NCBI GenBank assembly: GCA_963693365.1
Contig: CAVNZM010000010.1
Span: forward strand, 4,648,159 to 4,712,158
DNA: 64,000 bases
Origin: Amoebidium appalachense
Taxonomy: Eukaryota > Protista > Ichthyosporea
Direction of reading: 5' to 3'
Positions 11,031-57,351 of this stretch are shown here, one piece after another. Numbering within the stretch: position 1 is the first letter of the stretch; the number at the start of each line of letters is the position of its first letter. The notes beneath the pieces are model-generated. The model ran no database searches. It saw only the letters and a program-made list of their open reading frames with translations, and was not told the DNA's origin. The position numbers and the translations under genes were made by a program.

Positions 11031-11624
11031 ATCATGCGGGTAGCACTGCTTGTCAAGCTTACGGTGTGGTCCAAAGCGGGGTGTAGAGAGTAGTGTAACA
11101 ACAATTGATATGTTCATACAACAGGAGTGTACTCTGGCAGCTGGCAGAAGGTAACATGTGCTGATTGGGTCAGAGTGACTGACTCAGATGCCCCATGTGT
11201 GCGTGTCTGTGAGTCTGCAGCTGTATGCATGTGCCACCGTGTGTGTGTTTGTGTGTGTGTGGCGGAGTGTAATAGGTGGTGTTGATGTGCTTGCGACGCC
11301 TTGCATGCCTCTTGGGTGTCCGGGTCTTGCACAGGTGGGAGGTTTTGTTCTTTAGTCAAGAAATGTATATGTGCATGTGTATGGCAAAGCCATGTCCGTG
11401 CTTGGTATGTCTTTCGGTCGGTTCACCACCCGAGCATCCCAACCACGTGCACACGTGCAAATGCATGTTTCTCTGCCTTACGCACATGCTCTCTCTCTCT
11501 CCACCCCACGGCCGAACGTGAATCGCAAAACGGAGCCTAGAGTGAATCGACAGACTTCATGTATTTCATATTTGCGGTATTACTTTACTATGTACAAGCT
11601 AGCGGCCACGGTCAGGCCCCGTGT

Positions 11625-15698
<4,074 letters not shown>

Positions 15699-16354
15699 TC
15701 AGAAAAAGCGAAGGGTATGTGTGTTCGTTAGTTACACCTACAACGTGGAACCAAAAAATAACACTGCGCTTGTTACGCGGTGTGGTGAAAGTTTTGTGCG
15801 GTGAACCCGAAGATGGAAATCATGGAATCTGGAGACTGGGAGGTCACTTTGATTGGTTGACAAAGAAGGTGTGGGGGGATCTCCATACATCATGTAGATA
15901 GCTGAGGGGTCTTCAAATTCGTGAAGGTGTTCTTACGTGATAAAAAAATCTTATGCAATTTTCAAGGCTATGCTCTTTACAGTTACGGTAGCGTTGGAGC
16001 TCAAAAGCAGTACATTTAGCAGTCATACCCAAAAAAGGAATAATATTTGTTTTGTTCTGTGGAAAGCTCGATTTGCCACGCCACACGGATAATTGAATTT
16101 GAAGTTTTAAGTTTATCAAGACACTCAGAAAAAGATGGGGAATCATAAGACATCATAGTAGTCTTTGGAGATCACGTTGCGAGGCAAATGCAACCAATCA
16201 GTGCTTCAGCAGTTTACAGAACACCATGTAAGGAAGGTAAAATTCAGTGAAGAGTCACGAAGACAACACGTGATTGGGTAGAATAGAAAATGAGATGGCT
16301 TTTGATTGGCCAATAATGCACTTCCCGAGTGCTACTATAAAAGTAGCAGGCAAA

Positions 16355-16460
16355 ACACACACGTACACACACGTGTCCTATGTACACACACACGCACGCA
16401 CACGCGCACGCACACACGCACGCACGCACGCACACACGCACACACGCACACACGCACACA

Positions 16461-16508
<48 letters not shown>

Positions 16509-16529
16509 CGTGCACAAACACACACACGT

Positions 16530-16622
<93 letters not shown>

Positions 16623-16801
16623 GCCGTTGTGGGTTTTTGAACTTTTTTTGCTTTTGACAAGATTCACAACAGAAATCCGTGCCACAGAGGCACAACAGAC
16701 ACCGTGACCCTGGCGTCACACGCACTCGCACACATGCACACGCACGCACACACGCATACACGCATGCACACACGCATACACACACACACGCACACACGCA
16801 T

Positions 16802-16867
<66 letters not shown>

Positions 16868-16870
16868 ACA
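16355..16870. repeat. (CA)n / (CACG)n microsatellite cluster
   Basis: Directly visible, intergenic between GALE and the F-box/LRR gene. Confidence 0.95.
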
Positions 16871-17850
16871 AACATATGCACATGTCCATCTTTTTTCGTA
16901 TTACTTCTGGTATCCCGGTTTACCTCAGAGAATAACGTCATCAACTAAGCTCTTTCTCTAGGTGGAGCCAAGTGGAAGGCACACACGTGCCCACACATAC
17001 TCTCGTTCTTCGGCAACTTTAACCCGAAAATCACTCAGGCTCTCTCTCTCTCCCCTCAAGGGTCCGGGATCCCATACTTCTCTCTGCTTCTGTGCTCTGT
17101 GTGTGCACGTGCAGGTGAGCACGTGCTACACACACAGCCTCAGGAAAAAACTTGCCTGAGCCTTGAAGCTGCTCTGTCGCAACACCGTGTACTCAGGCAT
17201 CTTGGTTTTAATCCCTCACCCGTCCCTCGACTGTTGCACACAACAACGTTCCACCCATCAGGTTAATTTTCTCAAGGCTTATGCAGCACTTCACATGATA
17301 AACAACAACGGTTTCCCCTTGCTTCTTGGTCTAGGGAAGCATTATGTATGTATTGAACAATTTCATATGCCACTGGCAGGTGAAACTAATAAACTATTAA
17401 AAACTAATAATAATCTTGGAGGAGTTGACGAAAAGAACTGACCTGAGTGCAAGCATGTAACTACACAACTGTTCACCGGTTGGAGGAAAAGAAACAGTGT
17501 GAGAAAGTGTAAGTGGGGGCTCCAGCAGTATTTTTGTGGGTCTCTTAGCTGAACATAATAGCTTAGGCAGCAATTTAGCTCAAAGGCCTCACAGCTGCCC
17601 TCTCTCTTACCCCCCCCTCCCCTCCTCCCCCCCCCCCCCCCCCTCCCCCCTCTCCCCCCCCCCCCCCCCCCTCTCCACCACCACCACCACCACGACCACC
17701 TTTCCGCCCGGGGGACGGCAGCAGCACAAAAGAAAAAATAATAATAAGAAAGGAAAAAAGTAGCAGAATAAAGAGGCTATTCATACATTCAGGACACCAG
17801 TGGAAGATGTGGGAGCACACCATCCGAGTCACTTTCATAGGTACTTCTTA

Positions 17851-18107
17851 TTATTTTCTCTTCAAATTTCCTGCAAAGGGAGAAAAACGAGGATGAGAAT
17901 TGTATTGGCCGGGTCGGTAGATGCTCCACCAATCACGTGGGGCGGTGCTTTCCTGGCCCGTGGGCCTACGAACACCGTGGGCCGGGTGGAGACTTTGGTC
18001 GGTTTCGAACCTCCAAAGGGGTAGATTTTCTTTCAGGTAGGAAATGTCGGTGGTAGACACCTGTTTATATAAAAATTGAAGCAGGCAGGGTTAGGCGTGT
18101 GTGTGCA

Positions 18108-18167
<60 letters not shown>

Positions 18168-18316
18168 TGTTATAGGGTCCATATGCGGAAGTTTGTGAGG
18201 CCTGCTTCGCGATTCGTGTCTACGTATGTTGTCTCTGCAGTGTGCTATTGGTTCAATTAATTAGTTTTACTATTGGAAAGGAGAAGGGTGGGTGAAGGGG
18301 GGGGGGGGGGGGGTGG

Positions 18317-18347
<31 letters not shown>

Positions 18348-21331
18348 AGGGCACCAAATGTTGTACCCGAAACAAGGTACAAAGACGAAAGATGAACAGT
18401 CGGGGTCAGAGAAAAAATGAAGAAGAGAGATGGACAAGGGTGATGGTGGTGGTGGTAGCAGGTGCGGGGGTGAGGGGGAGGGGAGGGAGAGTGGAGTTAT
18501 TTTTGTTTTCAAGTGTTTTTTTCTTTTGAGGATGGGCGCGGGGGGGGGGGGGGGGGGAGGGGGGGGGGAATACATCTGTCCGTGCCAGGCACAGGGTCTC
18601 GAGTTTTGTGCAGTTTGCCAGGGCAGTCACGTGACGTATTGGCCCGGGTGCCTGAATGCCCCCACCCAGCCACCTGTAGCAGCCGGGTCAGAGCCAATGC
18701 AAGCTTCATAACTTGATAAAAGGTTGAACCCCCCCCCCCCCCCCCCCCCCTCAAAAAAAAAAAAAAAGCCAAAACCCCCCCAAACCCCCATCCCCCCCCC
18801 CCCCCCCCCCCGCCCCCGGCTCCCCTCTCCAGCCCCTCCTTTACCAGCCAATCGATCCCCGTCCTTCCCCCTACGCAAAAATACAAAGAAGTTTCAAGTA
18901 GGCTCAATTAATCGAGGGTTCAGACCTCCCCCCCCCCCCCCCCTCCCCCCTCCCCGCAAACATACACACACCCACCGTCTTGGAATTCCACTGAGCCAAG
19001 CAGGTAGAGAAGGGCAGGGAGATACACCCATGTTTGTGTGTAAGGGGAAAATTGGAGGGGGCAGAGGGGAGGGGGAGGGGGGAGGGGGGAGGGGGGAGGG
19101 GGAAGGGGGGTGTCCCATATTCTTGTATTTTCGTGAAAATGGGGGGGGGGCAAAAAAAACCCCTGGCAAAGAAACATTCTAAAGAACTGTTGGGAAAGAA
19201 GAGGCGATGAGGTAGCAGTACCTTAGCCAATCAATTTCGGTAATCGGTCCCAAGTCTTCAAGGTTGAGATGTGTAATTTGGTTGCAAAACGACAGGGGCT
19301 CCAAATTCCTCACCGACGTGCCGGCCAATAGCAACACACGGAGTTTGGTGCAACTGGCCAATGGGGAAAGGTCTTGCACGTGGACGGAATATTCGAGATT
19401 GAGCTGCTCCAAATCGGTGCACTTTGAGAGTGATGATATGTCGGTGAGCGTCTCGGAGAGGCTAAGATCGAGTCGTCTTAGACGTAGGCAGGAGCTGGGG
19501 AAACATAGATAATTTGTGTTAGTGGCTTTGCTAGTGGTTGCTATCTTGTGTTAGCTTTGTGTGTGCGTGTGTGTGTGTGTGCGCGCGCGTGCGCACATGT
19601 GCGTGCGTGGGTGTGTGGGTGCGTGCGTGGATGCGTGCATGCGTGTCGGTGTGTATGTGTATGTGTTTGCCGATCCGATAGAATGATACTTATAAGGGTT
19701 GGAGGACCAAGGAATGGAAATGAAATCCGGCGGCGAGCAGCGGGTGATGTATGTGCACAGTGCGTGTGCAATAAACTGGGGGGGGGGGGGGGGGGGGGGG
19801 AGAGGGGAAGAGGCGGGGGGAGGAGGGAGGGGGGTCTGGAGGGCGGGAGGGGTGGAGGCGGAGGGTGGGGATAAGTATACCTTAGTGCAGTGATACCTGT
19901 CACTGTGCTTTTTGGCATTATCAGCTCGGTGAGGCCCGTCAGTGCTTCGAAACCGTACAGAGAGGGGGAGGGTGCCCAGGTTATCTGGTCGTATATCTCG
20001 ACATGTCGCAATTTGGTACAGAAACTCAACGGCGAGAGATTTTCGTTTTCTGCAAGGGAGAAATGGAACGGAGTATTGGCATCAAAATGATGCTAATTTC
20101 GAGGAACGGATGCCAATAAAATAACATTGAAAAGCGAAATCATGCAGAACTGTTGCCCAAAATTCTTTCAGTGTGTGTTGGGAGGCTCAGGAGGAGGAGG
20201 AAGACTTGATGTTAGTGGTTGATTGGTTGGTCGGTTGGGGGGGGCGGGGGGTTCGGGAGGGGGGGAGGGAAAGGGGGGGGGTCGGAGGGAGGGAGGGGGG
20301 GGGGGGGGAGGAATGGGGGGGGGGGGGGGGTTAGGGAGGGAGCAAGAGATCTAAACAGACGGTAATAAAGACAGCAGAGCAAGAGGAAGAAAGAAAAGGA
20401 GAGTCTGAAAGAGAAATATATAGGGTGTCGGTGAAGGCCTTGGGGGCAAGCGTTAACTAATGAGTCCGTAAACGAGTAAACGAGGGAACAACATAAATTC
20501 AGCCGGGCTTCATTTGACAGTGAGTGGAGTGTTTTCATCACGCAGTCTGCCATGGGAAGAAATGGAAGGAAGAGACGGGGGAAAGTGAAGCTGGGTGCGT
20601 GTGTGTGTGTGTGTGGGGAGGGGGGAGGAAGATTGGTGGGGGGGAACCAGTGGCGGGGGTGAGGGGCGGGGGGGGGGGGGGGGGGGGGGGAGGGGAGCGA
20701 GGGCAAACCTGCCACAGCTGAGAGAGGACCCCAGAATCTGGTATCAGAGGTATCAACCAATTGCAACACAGCAAGCTCAGGCAGTTGTCCAATCACAGAT
20801 ATGAGGCTGCTTATTGGATGGCTATCATGCAAACTCAGAGGGAGTGGTGGTGGTGATGAGCCAGATCTGTCGAGAACAATGTGGACCTGTGTTGATTGGG
20901 GGGAAGGGGCGGGAAAAGAGGGGAGGGGGGGGGGGGGGGGGGGAGGGGGAGGGAAGCGGGCGGGCGGGCGGGGGGGGGGGGGGGGGGGGGGATTGTTGTT
21001 GTGGTGGTTGTGATTGGCCGCTGCTGTGTTTCAACTTGCTTGTGTGTGCGTGTGGTGTGTGGTGGTGGCGGTGGCGGAGGGGGTGGTAGGGGGGGGGAGG
21101 GGAGGAGAGGGGAGGGGGGAGGAGGGGGGAGGAGAGGGGGGAAGGGGGGTGATGGTTTTTTTTTGGGGGGGGGTAGAGGGGGGGGGAATGATAAGTGAGG
21201 CTGGAAAATGGGCTTTTGGCATTAAGGTGTTATTTGGGGTGGAGGCAGGTTCGGGTATCTAGAAGGGTGGGGTGGCTCCGGATTTTGCGGCGGGAACGTT
21301 GGCGACACGGGGAAAATGTTCTTTTTTTTGT

Positions 21332-21366
<35 letters not shown>

Positions 21367-22594
21367 GGGGGGTTGCTGGGGGAAGGGGGGGGAGGGGGGG
21401 GGGGGGGGGGGGGCATTCTCAAAGATGTTGGTTAATGCATAGCACCACTGAGAATCATTCACCGTGGGGCCCGGAAGATTCTTATCTTAGGGGTAAAAAG
21501 GGTGTGGACGGTGTTTGTTCAAGGAATGGGGTTAGAAAAGACGGTCCGGAATTACAAGACTTGAGCCTAGGAGAACTGGGGGGGGGGGGGGGGAGGGGAA
21601 GGTATGGATATGGGAGAGGTAGTGGGATGGGCGGATGGAGGTCCGGAGTAAGTGAACGGAATATTATGATTTAAGGCCCTTAAAGATTGACTATCGGAGA
21701 CTCTGTTTTCTCTTCTTTTGTTTCTTTCGTTTTTTTTTGTTGGGGGGGAGGGGGAGGGGGGAGGACGAAGACGGGGGGGGGGGGGGGGGGAGGGGGGGGA
21801 GTACCTCCTCTAGCTTGCTACAGCAGGAAAGTGCAGCTATTCCTAATATGGGGAGGTGCTTGCACGTGATAGCCAATCGTTTAAGGTGTTTAAAACCCGC
21901 GACCGTCGAAAGATCCAATGGTGTGGCGGTGCACAGCACGTGCAGGGATGGAAGGTTTGGGACGGAACTGGAAACACCGGCCAGAAAAGACGGTACCCGT
22001 TCCTCATTGGTGGTTATTTGCACAAATGAAATGGATTTACTCCATGCCCTCAGACCTGCAGAAGGGATGGAATGAGCTTAGGTTTACCATCAATCATCCC
22101 CCCTCCCCCCCCCCCCCTCCCCCCCCCAATATTATTAAACTAAAATTATTCGTGTGTGTGTGTGTGTATTTGTGTATGTGTGTGTGCGCGTGCGTGCGTG
22201 CGTGCGTGTGTGCGTGCGCGCGCGTGTGTGCGTGTGTGTGTTTGTGTGTGTGTGCGTGCATGTATGTTGGATCTCCAAAGTTATCATTATCAGAAGTAAA
22301 AAGTGTGCACGTGGGTGTTTGTGCACGCGCAATTTGCAACTTACCACACATTACTTTACAGAGATCCTCGTTTCTCTCCAAGCACGTTTCGCTGGCCCTC
22401 ACACACTTCAACACAGCGGGGCGCACGAATGGATGGGTATGCACCACGTGATACCAGTGCCTGCATACCAACGACACGCTTGCTCGATCCTGATTGGATG
22501 GCACGAGCCGCAGAAGAATGCGCCATACAACCGAAGGCAACCCACTCGCCCATACTGCCTGCAGGGTGGTGGGGTTGGTGGAATAATCTGGCAT
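17851..22594 (-). CDS. F-box / leucine-rich-repeat protein (~476 aa), 7 exons
   Basis: Exons 22594-22345, 22055-21805, 20886-20709, 20049-19881, 19494-19222, 18673-18574 and 18060-17851 total 1431 nt with consistent phases. N-terminal F-box LPSVVWRILLRLVPSNQDRASVSLVCRHWYHVV, then LRRs such as LSSCLRLRRLDLS, LSKCTDLEQLNLE, LASCTKLRVLLLAGT and LANCTKLETLCLART. A small extra exon near 18980-19030 cannot be excluded. Confidence 0.88.
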
Positions 22595-23341
22595 GTCTTC
22601 TATTACGTAAGTTGTGGGAATAGTTTGTATTATGGCCCTCCTAAAGACCAAAGATGTCCGTATGACGACAACATTTCGAGTCTGCCGCGCATGCACGTTA
22701 AGGGCAGCCGCTTATAAATTTAGTTAGTAGTAGGCTATGTAAAAACTACTTTACAATGTTTCAGAATCGAAATGACTACTGTTGTAAAACTCGCCCTGGG
22801 AGGGGGCTCGAAAACTTAAAGGACAGCAGAATAATTAATATCAAAGAAGAAACTTTTGTGTGTGAGCTTCTGAAAAACCAATGCATTATGCCTACCTATC
22901 TATCTATCTATCTAATTCGGAAGCGGGGCCCTAATCCTACAAATAGAAACTGTGCAAATGTCCAAACATAAGCGCAAGACTTTCAACAAAAGCTGTGGAA
23001 GCAAAAAGTGTAACACAAGTGTGATTGAAAAATGCGAGAGATATCCACCTGATTCGATGATGTGGCCACGTCACCTGATACTGCATCTGTCACACACCGA
23101 TCTGTTCTCACAACATTTGACGTGCCGCACCCCGGGGGTGACAGGAGCGCAATCCGTAAACACCATATATACCCCGGAGTAGCCGCCGGAGTCCGGGAGA
23201 CGCGGGATGAAAACTTGAATTTTCTGCCTTTACTACTGGGCAAAGCCTCGAGAGTCGAGGCCGTCTTGAAGAATGTTGTGAAAACAGAGAATCTGCTTGA
23301 ATTGAAGAATCCTGATTTTACCTTCCTGGAATCAGGAATTT

Positions 23342-23654
23342 CAGGGGTGTGGCGACTTGACTTCAAGTCGCGACTTGAAGTCACCAAGCTCCTGACTGTA
23401 ACCAAGTCAAGTCAAGCCATGAGGCCGGACATAGGAGTGACATGATGGGGGGAGGGGGGCTTAGGGCGGGAAAGCATAGGAGGGTGGGTGAAATGGGGGG
23501 GCGCAATGCCCGCCCGTGGCTCAGCTGGCTGGAGAAGTTACTATAAATAGTACCCCTCCAAGTCGCGACTTGTAAGTCAAGTCAAGTCATCAATTTCAGC
23601 AAACAATTATATTTGTAAGTCAAGTCAAGTCGCTGAGGCTCTGCCACACCCCTG
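23342..23654. mobile_element. hAT-like MITE (313 bp) with perfect 12-bp TIRs
   Basis: CAGGGGTGTGGC (23342-23353) and GCCACACCCCTG (23643-23654), with subterminal GACTT/AAGTC pentamer repeats. The 8-mer CCTGGAAT directly follows the right end and recurs at 23325-23332, 9 bp left of the left TIR (displaced TSD candidate). Confidence 0.82.
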
Positions 23655-23680
23655 CCTGGAATGCGGCCAGGTGCGCCTAC

Positions 23681-23745
23681 AGCCAATCACATCGCGCTAT
23701 GTAAGATATTATCCACGTGTGACGTCACTTGCCTGCGCATGCAGG
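23681..23745. promoter_or_regulatory. Motif cluster in the divergent F-box / RalGPS intergenic region: CCAAT box, E-box, CRE palindrome
   Basis: AGCCAATCAC at ~23681, CACGTG at 23714, TGACGTCA at 23720-23727 and TGCGCATGCA at ~23734. Motif match only, function untested. Confidence 0.35.
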
Positions 23746-24719
23746 CAGGGCTGCAACGTGCGTTCACGATGACACGCCCACTTGCAAAACAATGTATATG
23801 TAACATAATTACGTTTCGCTATTGTGAAACTTCAATGATTTGGGTGCGTAAGTGGGCGCCCTGGACGCCCAGCTCAACTGTGATATCGGGTAGCCTATTT
23901 TTGTATGTCCTTTGGCCCACGAACAATGATTTATTCCACTTCGTATGTGCATCACGCATGCTGCGTGTCACGATGCGCAAGCACCCATCGTCGGAACTCC
24001 CGATTTGCCACGCTTAAGCCTCCAGGAAAATGAGGTGTAAAAGTAAGTATAAGTGTTGTTGAAAAGATAAAAAAAGAGAAAACAAGAAACAATATGATTC
24101 TTTTGGTCAAGACGTCCATACAGAAAAGGGCCGCACGGTCCTTTTTTCAACTTGTCTCGGAGATTTGAATTCCATCATAGATCAGATCATAGATCCTAGC
24201 ATCTTGGTCCGCATTCCATACTGACCAGTCACATTCCAGTAAATAAAACGGCCCGCTTTACGGCCCTGCCCCAGGCTGCCCCTCGTGCGAAAGAAACAGG
24301 GACGGCTACGTGAAGGGACGTTTTTTTCTTTGGTTGTTAGTTGTCATGGTTGCTATGAGAAGCCTTATGGTGCTGTAGGTGCGCGCAGGGCATTTTTCAG
24401 CGAGTTAACAAGGTATTGAGCGGATACACGTTAGAACAACCTTCGCATCTAGGCCTCCAACAATCACACCTGCAAATCTAACACGGCAAACGAAAACTTT
24501 TTTCCGTATAGCTAACTTGGGATCAACATTTTCGGTAATTGTAAGGCGTAGAGACCAAGCGCAAGACCTAAAGCTTGCATCTACACCACAACACACCCAA
24601 ACCAGATAACAACAACTTCCGGAAGTTTCTTATTAGCAACACATCGTTTTCCTTGTGTGTAGGCAGTAGAATACCACGTTAGCAATGACACCCTCTCATA
24701 ATCCACGGTAGTTGCAGCT

Positions 24720-53762
<29,043 letters not shown>

Positions 53763-54799
53763 ATGCGATGCCCCCCCCCCCCCCCCCCCCCCCCCTCCCT
53801 CCCTCCCTCCCCCCCCTCCCCCCTCCCTCCCCCCCCCCCCCCCTCCAAGCAAGCATCGTCTCAGAGTAAACAATTTTCAACTTTACTGTGTCCAGCCCTT
53901 TAGGTCCGGGTTTCTTTAATCATATTTAGTATCCTCCTTATTTTGTGGGTGGTTACATATCACGTTCTATACCAATTTCTTCATAAAAACATTTTTTTAA
54001 TGCGGGCTCGGGTTTCTGATATAGTTGCTTGCTTATTCGGTTTGTTTTTTTCATACATTTTTCTGGTTTTGAAGCTCATTTTTCTTATGTTTGCAGGGTG
54101 GTGGCGGCAATGCATTCAACACGGTGCTCCGACGAATCAACACCCGTTAAAGACAACCCCCTCATCTGTTAGCTTTTCCTCCCCCCTTTTCGTATTCAGG
54201 TGCGGTTTCTCCCTTATTTGGTAGTCAGTTATACTTTTTCCTGTATTTGGTATTTAGTTGTGTTTTCTTTTGTACTAACGTCTATGCTACAAGGGATGTG
54301 GGAAGGGGCCCCCGGGGGGGGGGGGGGGGGAGGCGGGGGAGGGGGGAGGGGGGGGGGGGGGATGCCGTTGAAGATAAGCGCTACCAGTGGCATGGCTTGT
54401 AAGCGGTGAATGGATGCGATAATAATGTAGAAACGAATGGTAAAGGCATGGGTGTATGGCTTAGTATTATTAGGCACGTATATATGCTGGCTAGAAGTGT
54501 GTGATGGGATACAGTTAGTTTGCACTTTTCTATATGTTGAGGTACGTGGAAACACACATTCGTTGCTTCCCAACAAACACATATGTGTATAGATAGATCC
54601 GCAGAGGTTCGATGCATTTAGCTATTCCTGGCCCTTATCGACAGATACGGTACATATGTCATACATGCTTTAAGGAGAGGGTGTATGCTCAGGTTGATGA
54701 CTATTTATTAATGAGATATGTCGATTCAAATGATCATGAATATTGAATATTGGCACGTAGGATGTGTGCTGTGTATGCAAGGGCCATGCTAGAATTATC

Positions 54800-54879
54800 G
54801 TAAATCGTAAATGAAAATCAGTAAAGGCCAAAATTACGGTAAATCATAAATGAAAATCAGTAAAGGCCAAAATTACGGT
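54800..54879. repeat. 39-bp tandem duplication
   Basis: TAAATGAAAATCAGTAAAGGCCAAAATTACGGT occurs twice in tandem. Confidence 0.9.
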
Positions 54880-54985
54880 GCATTTGCCCGTTTGTCATTC
54901 CCCTGTCCGCTTTTGGATGCTGGGTGGATATATTCGGAGAATAAAGTGGCAGAACTGGCAGAACGTCAATCATGCACATCTCTGC

Positions 54986-55079
<94 letters not shown>

Positions 55080-55413
55080 TTGTTTGCCTGTCTGTGCACC
55101 TCTCTCTCTCTCTCTCTCTTTCTCTCCCTCGCTCTCTTCTCCCTCTATCCCCCCTCCCCCCCGGGCTCTCTCCCAGCCCCCCCCCCCCCCCCCCCCCCCC
55201 CCCAACCCCACCCACACACACTCACCCATGCACGTACATGCTTACGCACACTCACAGCTTTAATCATAAACTTCCGCATGTACACATGTTTCTCGATCTT
55301 ACCTACACACCCGGCTTTAGTGTAGCACAAATCATGCAGGAGCTTGTAAACAAAGTTTCAAAGAACTGGAACGAAAGGTTGTCTGGCGTGTGTGTGTGTG
55401 TGTGTGTACGCGT

Positions 55414-55473
<60 letters not shown>

Positions 55474-55805
55474 GGGGGGAGGGGGGGGGCGGGGGAGTCC
55501 GGCTGGCTCCGTGAATGCAATCATTATGGCATATTTATTCTCGCATATGAGGTTGAATACATGTTGTATCTTAGTGCAGGACTAAAATAGTCTAGGGAGG
55601 GTGAGTCCCTGGATATATCAGAAAGATATAAAATAGATGACTTAGTGTTCAGCTTGCTCCGTTATAGAACATAGTCACGGTTCCATACATGCAATCGCTG
55701 TCATGATCAGTATTGTTCACAACGTTTAGCTTGCTCCGTTATAGAACACAGTATTCCACGCATGCAATTGCACTATTTCAGTATTGTGTACAAGGTTATG
55801 GAACG

Positions 55806-56090
55806 TTATAATTTTGTTGACCGGGTTTTCTTTAACATTGTGAGCTTGAATCGATGGGACGGGTGCCGTGCAGGTACGGATGATCGGCTCACTCGGGTAC
55901 ACCCTCGGCCGGCTGGTGAAGTAAAAAACGTGTTAGAAGCTTCTTCAGGTGCCTGCCTCAAATCCTTGTGTTTGTGTGCACGCACATGCACAGTCTCTAA
56001 GATGTCGTGTACAGCTATACAGTGTATTTCAACTTTTCACAGGCACGGTGGCCATGGCCGCAAGTTACAGGCCGTGATTGAAATGCAAGA

Positions 56091-56125
<35 letters not shown>

Positions 56126-56711
56126 AGGGGGGGGGGGGGGTGGGGGGAGGGGGATAGTAAAAAAAAAAATGGAAAATTTAAATATATTTCCGACTTGGGT
56201 ACCAGCACCAGCGCCATAGATCCCAATCTAGTGCCAGACCTAGATCCCTCCCCCCCCCCCCCCCCCCCCCCCTTTTCTCCCTCAACCCTGACCCCCACAC
56301 TCACATATGCAGGCACACACACTGGGTTCACGTGCACACGGGCACAGAGAGCATATAGGCATTCAACAAACACATACAGCTAAAGTGCTACTACTGGAAA
56401 ACAGCTACCCCCCCCCCCCCCCCCCCCCCCACGCTTTTCCTTCACCTGCCAAACTCAAAGAGAGAGAGAGGTTAGCGTTGTGACATCTACTTGCCACCCT
56501 CCCCCCCCTCCCCCCCTCCCCCCTCCTTTCACAATCGCCGGCAACGAGAAGGGGAGTAAGCACATGTACACAGATGTGCGCATCTTTGCCTGCACAGCCA
56601 CACTATATATCAGTCTTGCAGTTCCGTGGTGCGCAAATGGGTTTTTGACATTGAAAAAAAATCTTACGAGATGTAAAATCTTCCAGAAACAAAGTGGGGG
56701 CCCGGGGGGAA

Positions 56712-56751
<40 letters not shown>

Positions 56752-56802
56752 GGGAGAGGAGGAGGGGGAGGAGGATGAGGGGAGGCAAGAGAGGGAGGGA
56801 GG

Positions 56803-56839
<37 letters not shown>

Positions 56840-57281
56840 CTCAAGAAAGAAAGAGAGCGAGAGGGAGGGAGGGTGGGTGGGTGGGAGGAAAAACGAAGAA
56901 AAAGAAAGGCGTACGGGGATTTATGCGGGTACCTTTGCAGGCATAGCTGCAGTCGCCGAGAGAAACTGGCTGAAGAAGTGGCAGTGCTCTTGGATCTTGG
57001 CGACGTCAGCACACTCTTCCTCTGCTACAGCCTTGACCGCTCCTGCGAAGAATGTGTGGAATGTGAGGAATTTGTGAGGAATGTGCTTGGTTTCTCATTG
57101 AAGAATAACGAGCTAGAGAGGTTGGGTTGGCCAGGTGAAATATGCGGCCAGGCGATTGTGTAGCTAGCAGAAGGAAAATAAGATTTTCTTGGTTTCTTGG
57201 TTACCCCTTTCCTTTTTACGTTCGTTTCCTTTCTTTCCTTTTCCTCCTCCTCCCTCCCCCCCCCCCCCCCCCCCCAACCTT

Positions 57282-57314
<33 letters not shown>

Positions 57315-57319
57315 TTGGT

Positions 57320-57351
<32 letters not shown>

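Noticed and set aside
21460-21570. Candidate extra F-box/LRR exon
   Set aside because: Stops occur in all three minus-strand frames, and the flanking exons already join in phase.
23062-23445. 127-aa ORF (and the antisense 140-aa ORF)
   Set aside because: It runs into the MITE, has a non-ATG start and shows no recognisable domain.
55321-55387. Plus-strand exon-like segment VAQIMQELVNKVSKNWNERLSG
   Set aside because: It has AG/GT boundaries but could not be joined to a supported start or other exons. It needs RNA-seq.
56941-57163. Plus-strand reading EKLAEEVAVLLDLGDVSTLFLC...
   Set aside because: It is the in-register antisense shadow of the minus-strand exon 57042-56933, which has matching splice phases and intron polarity.
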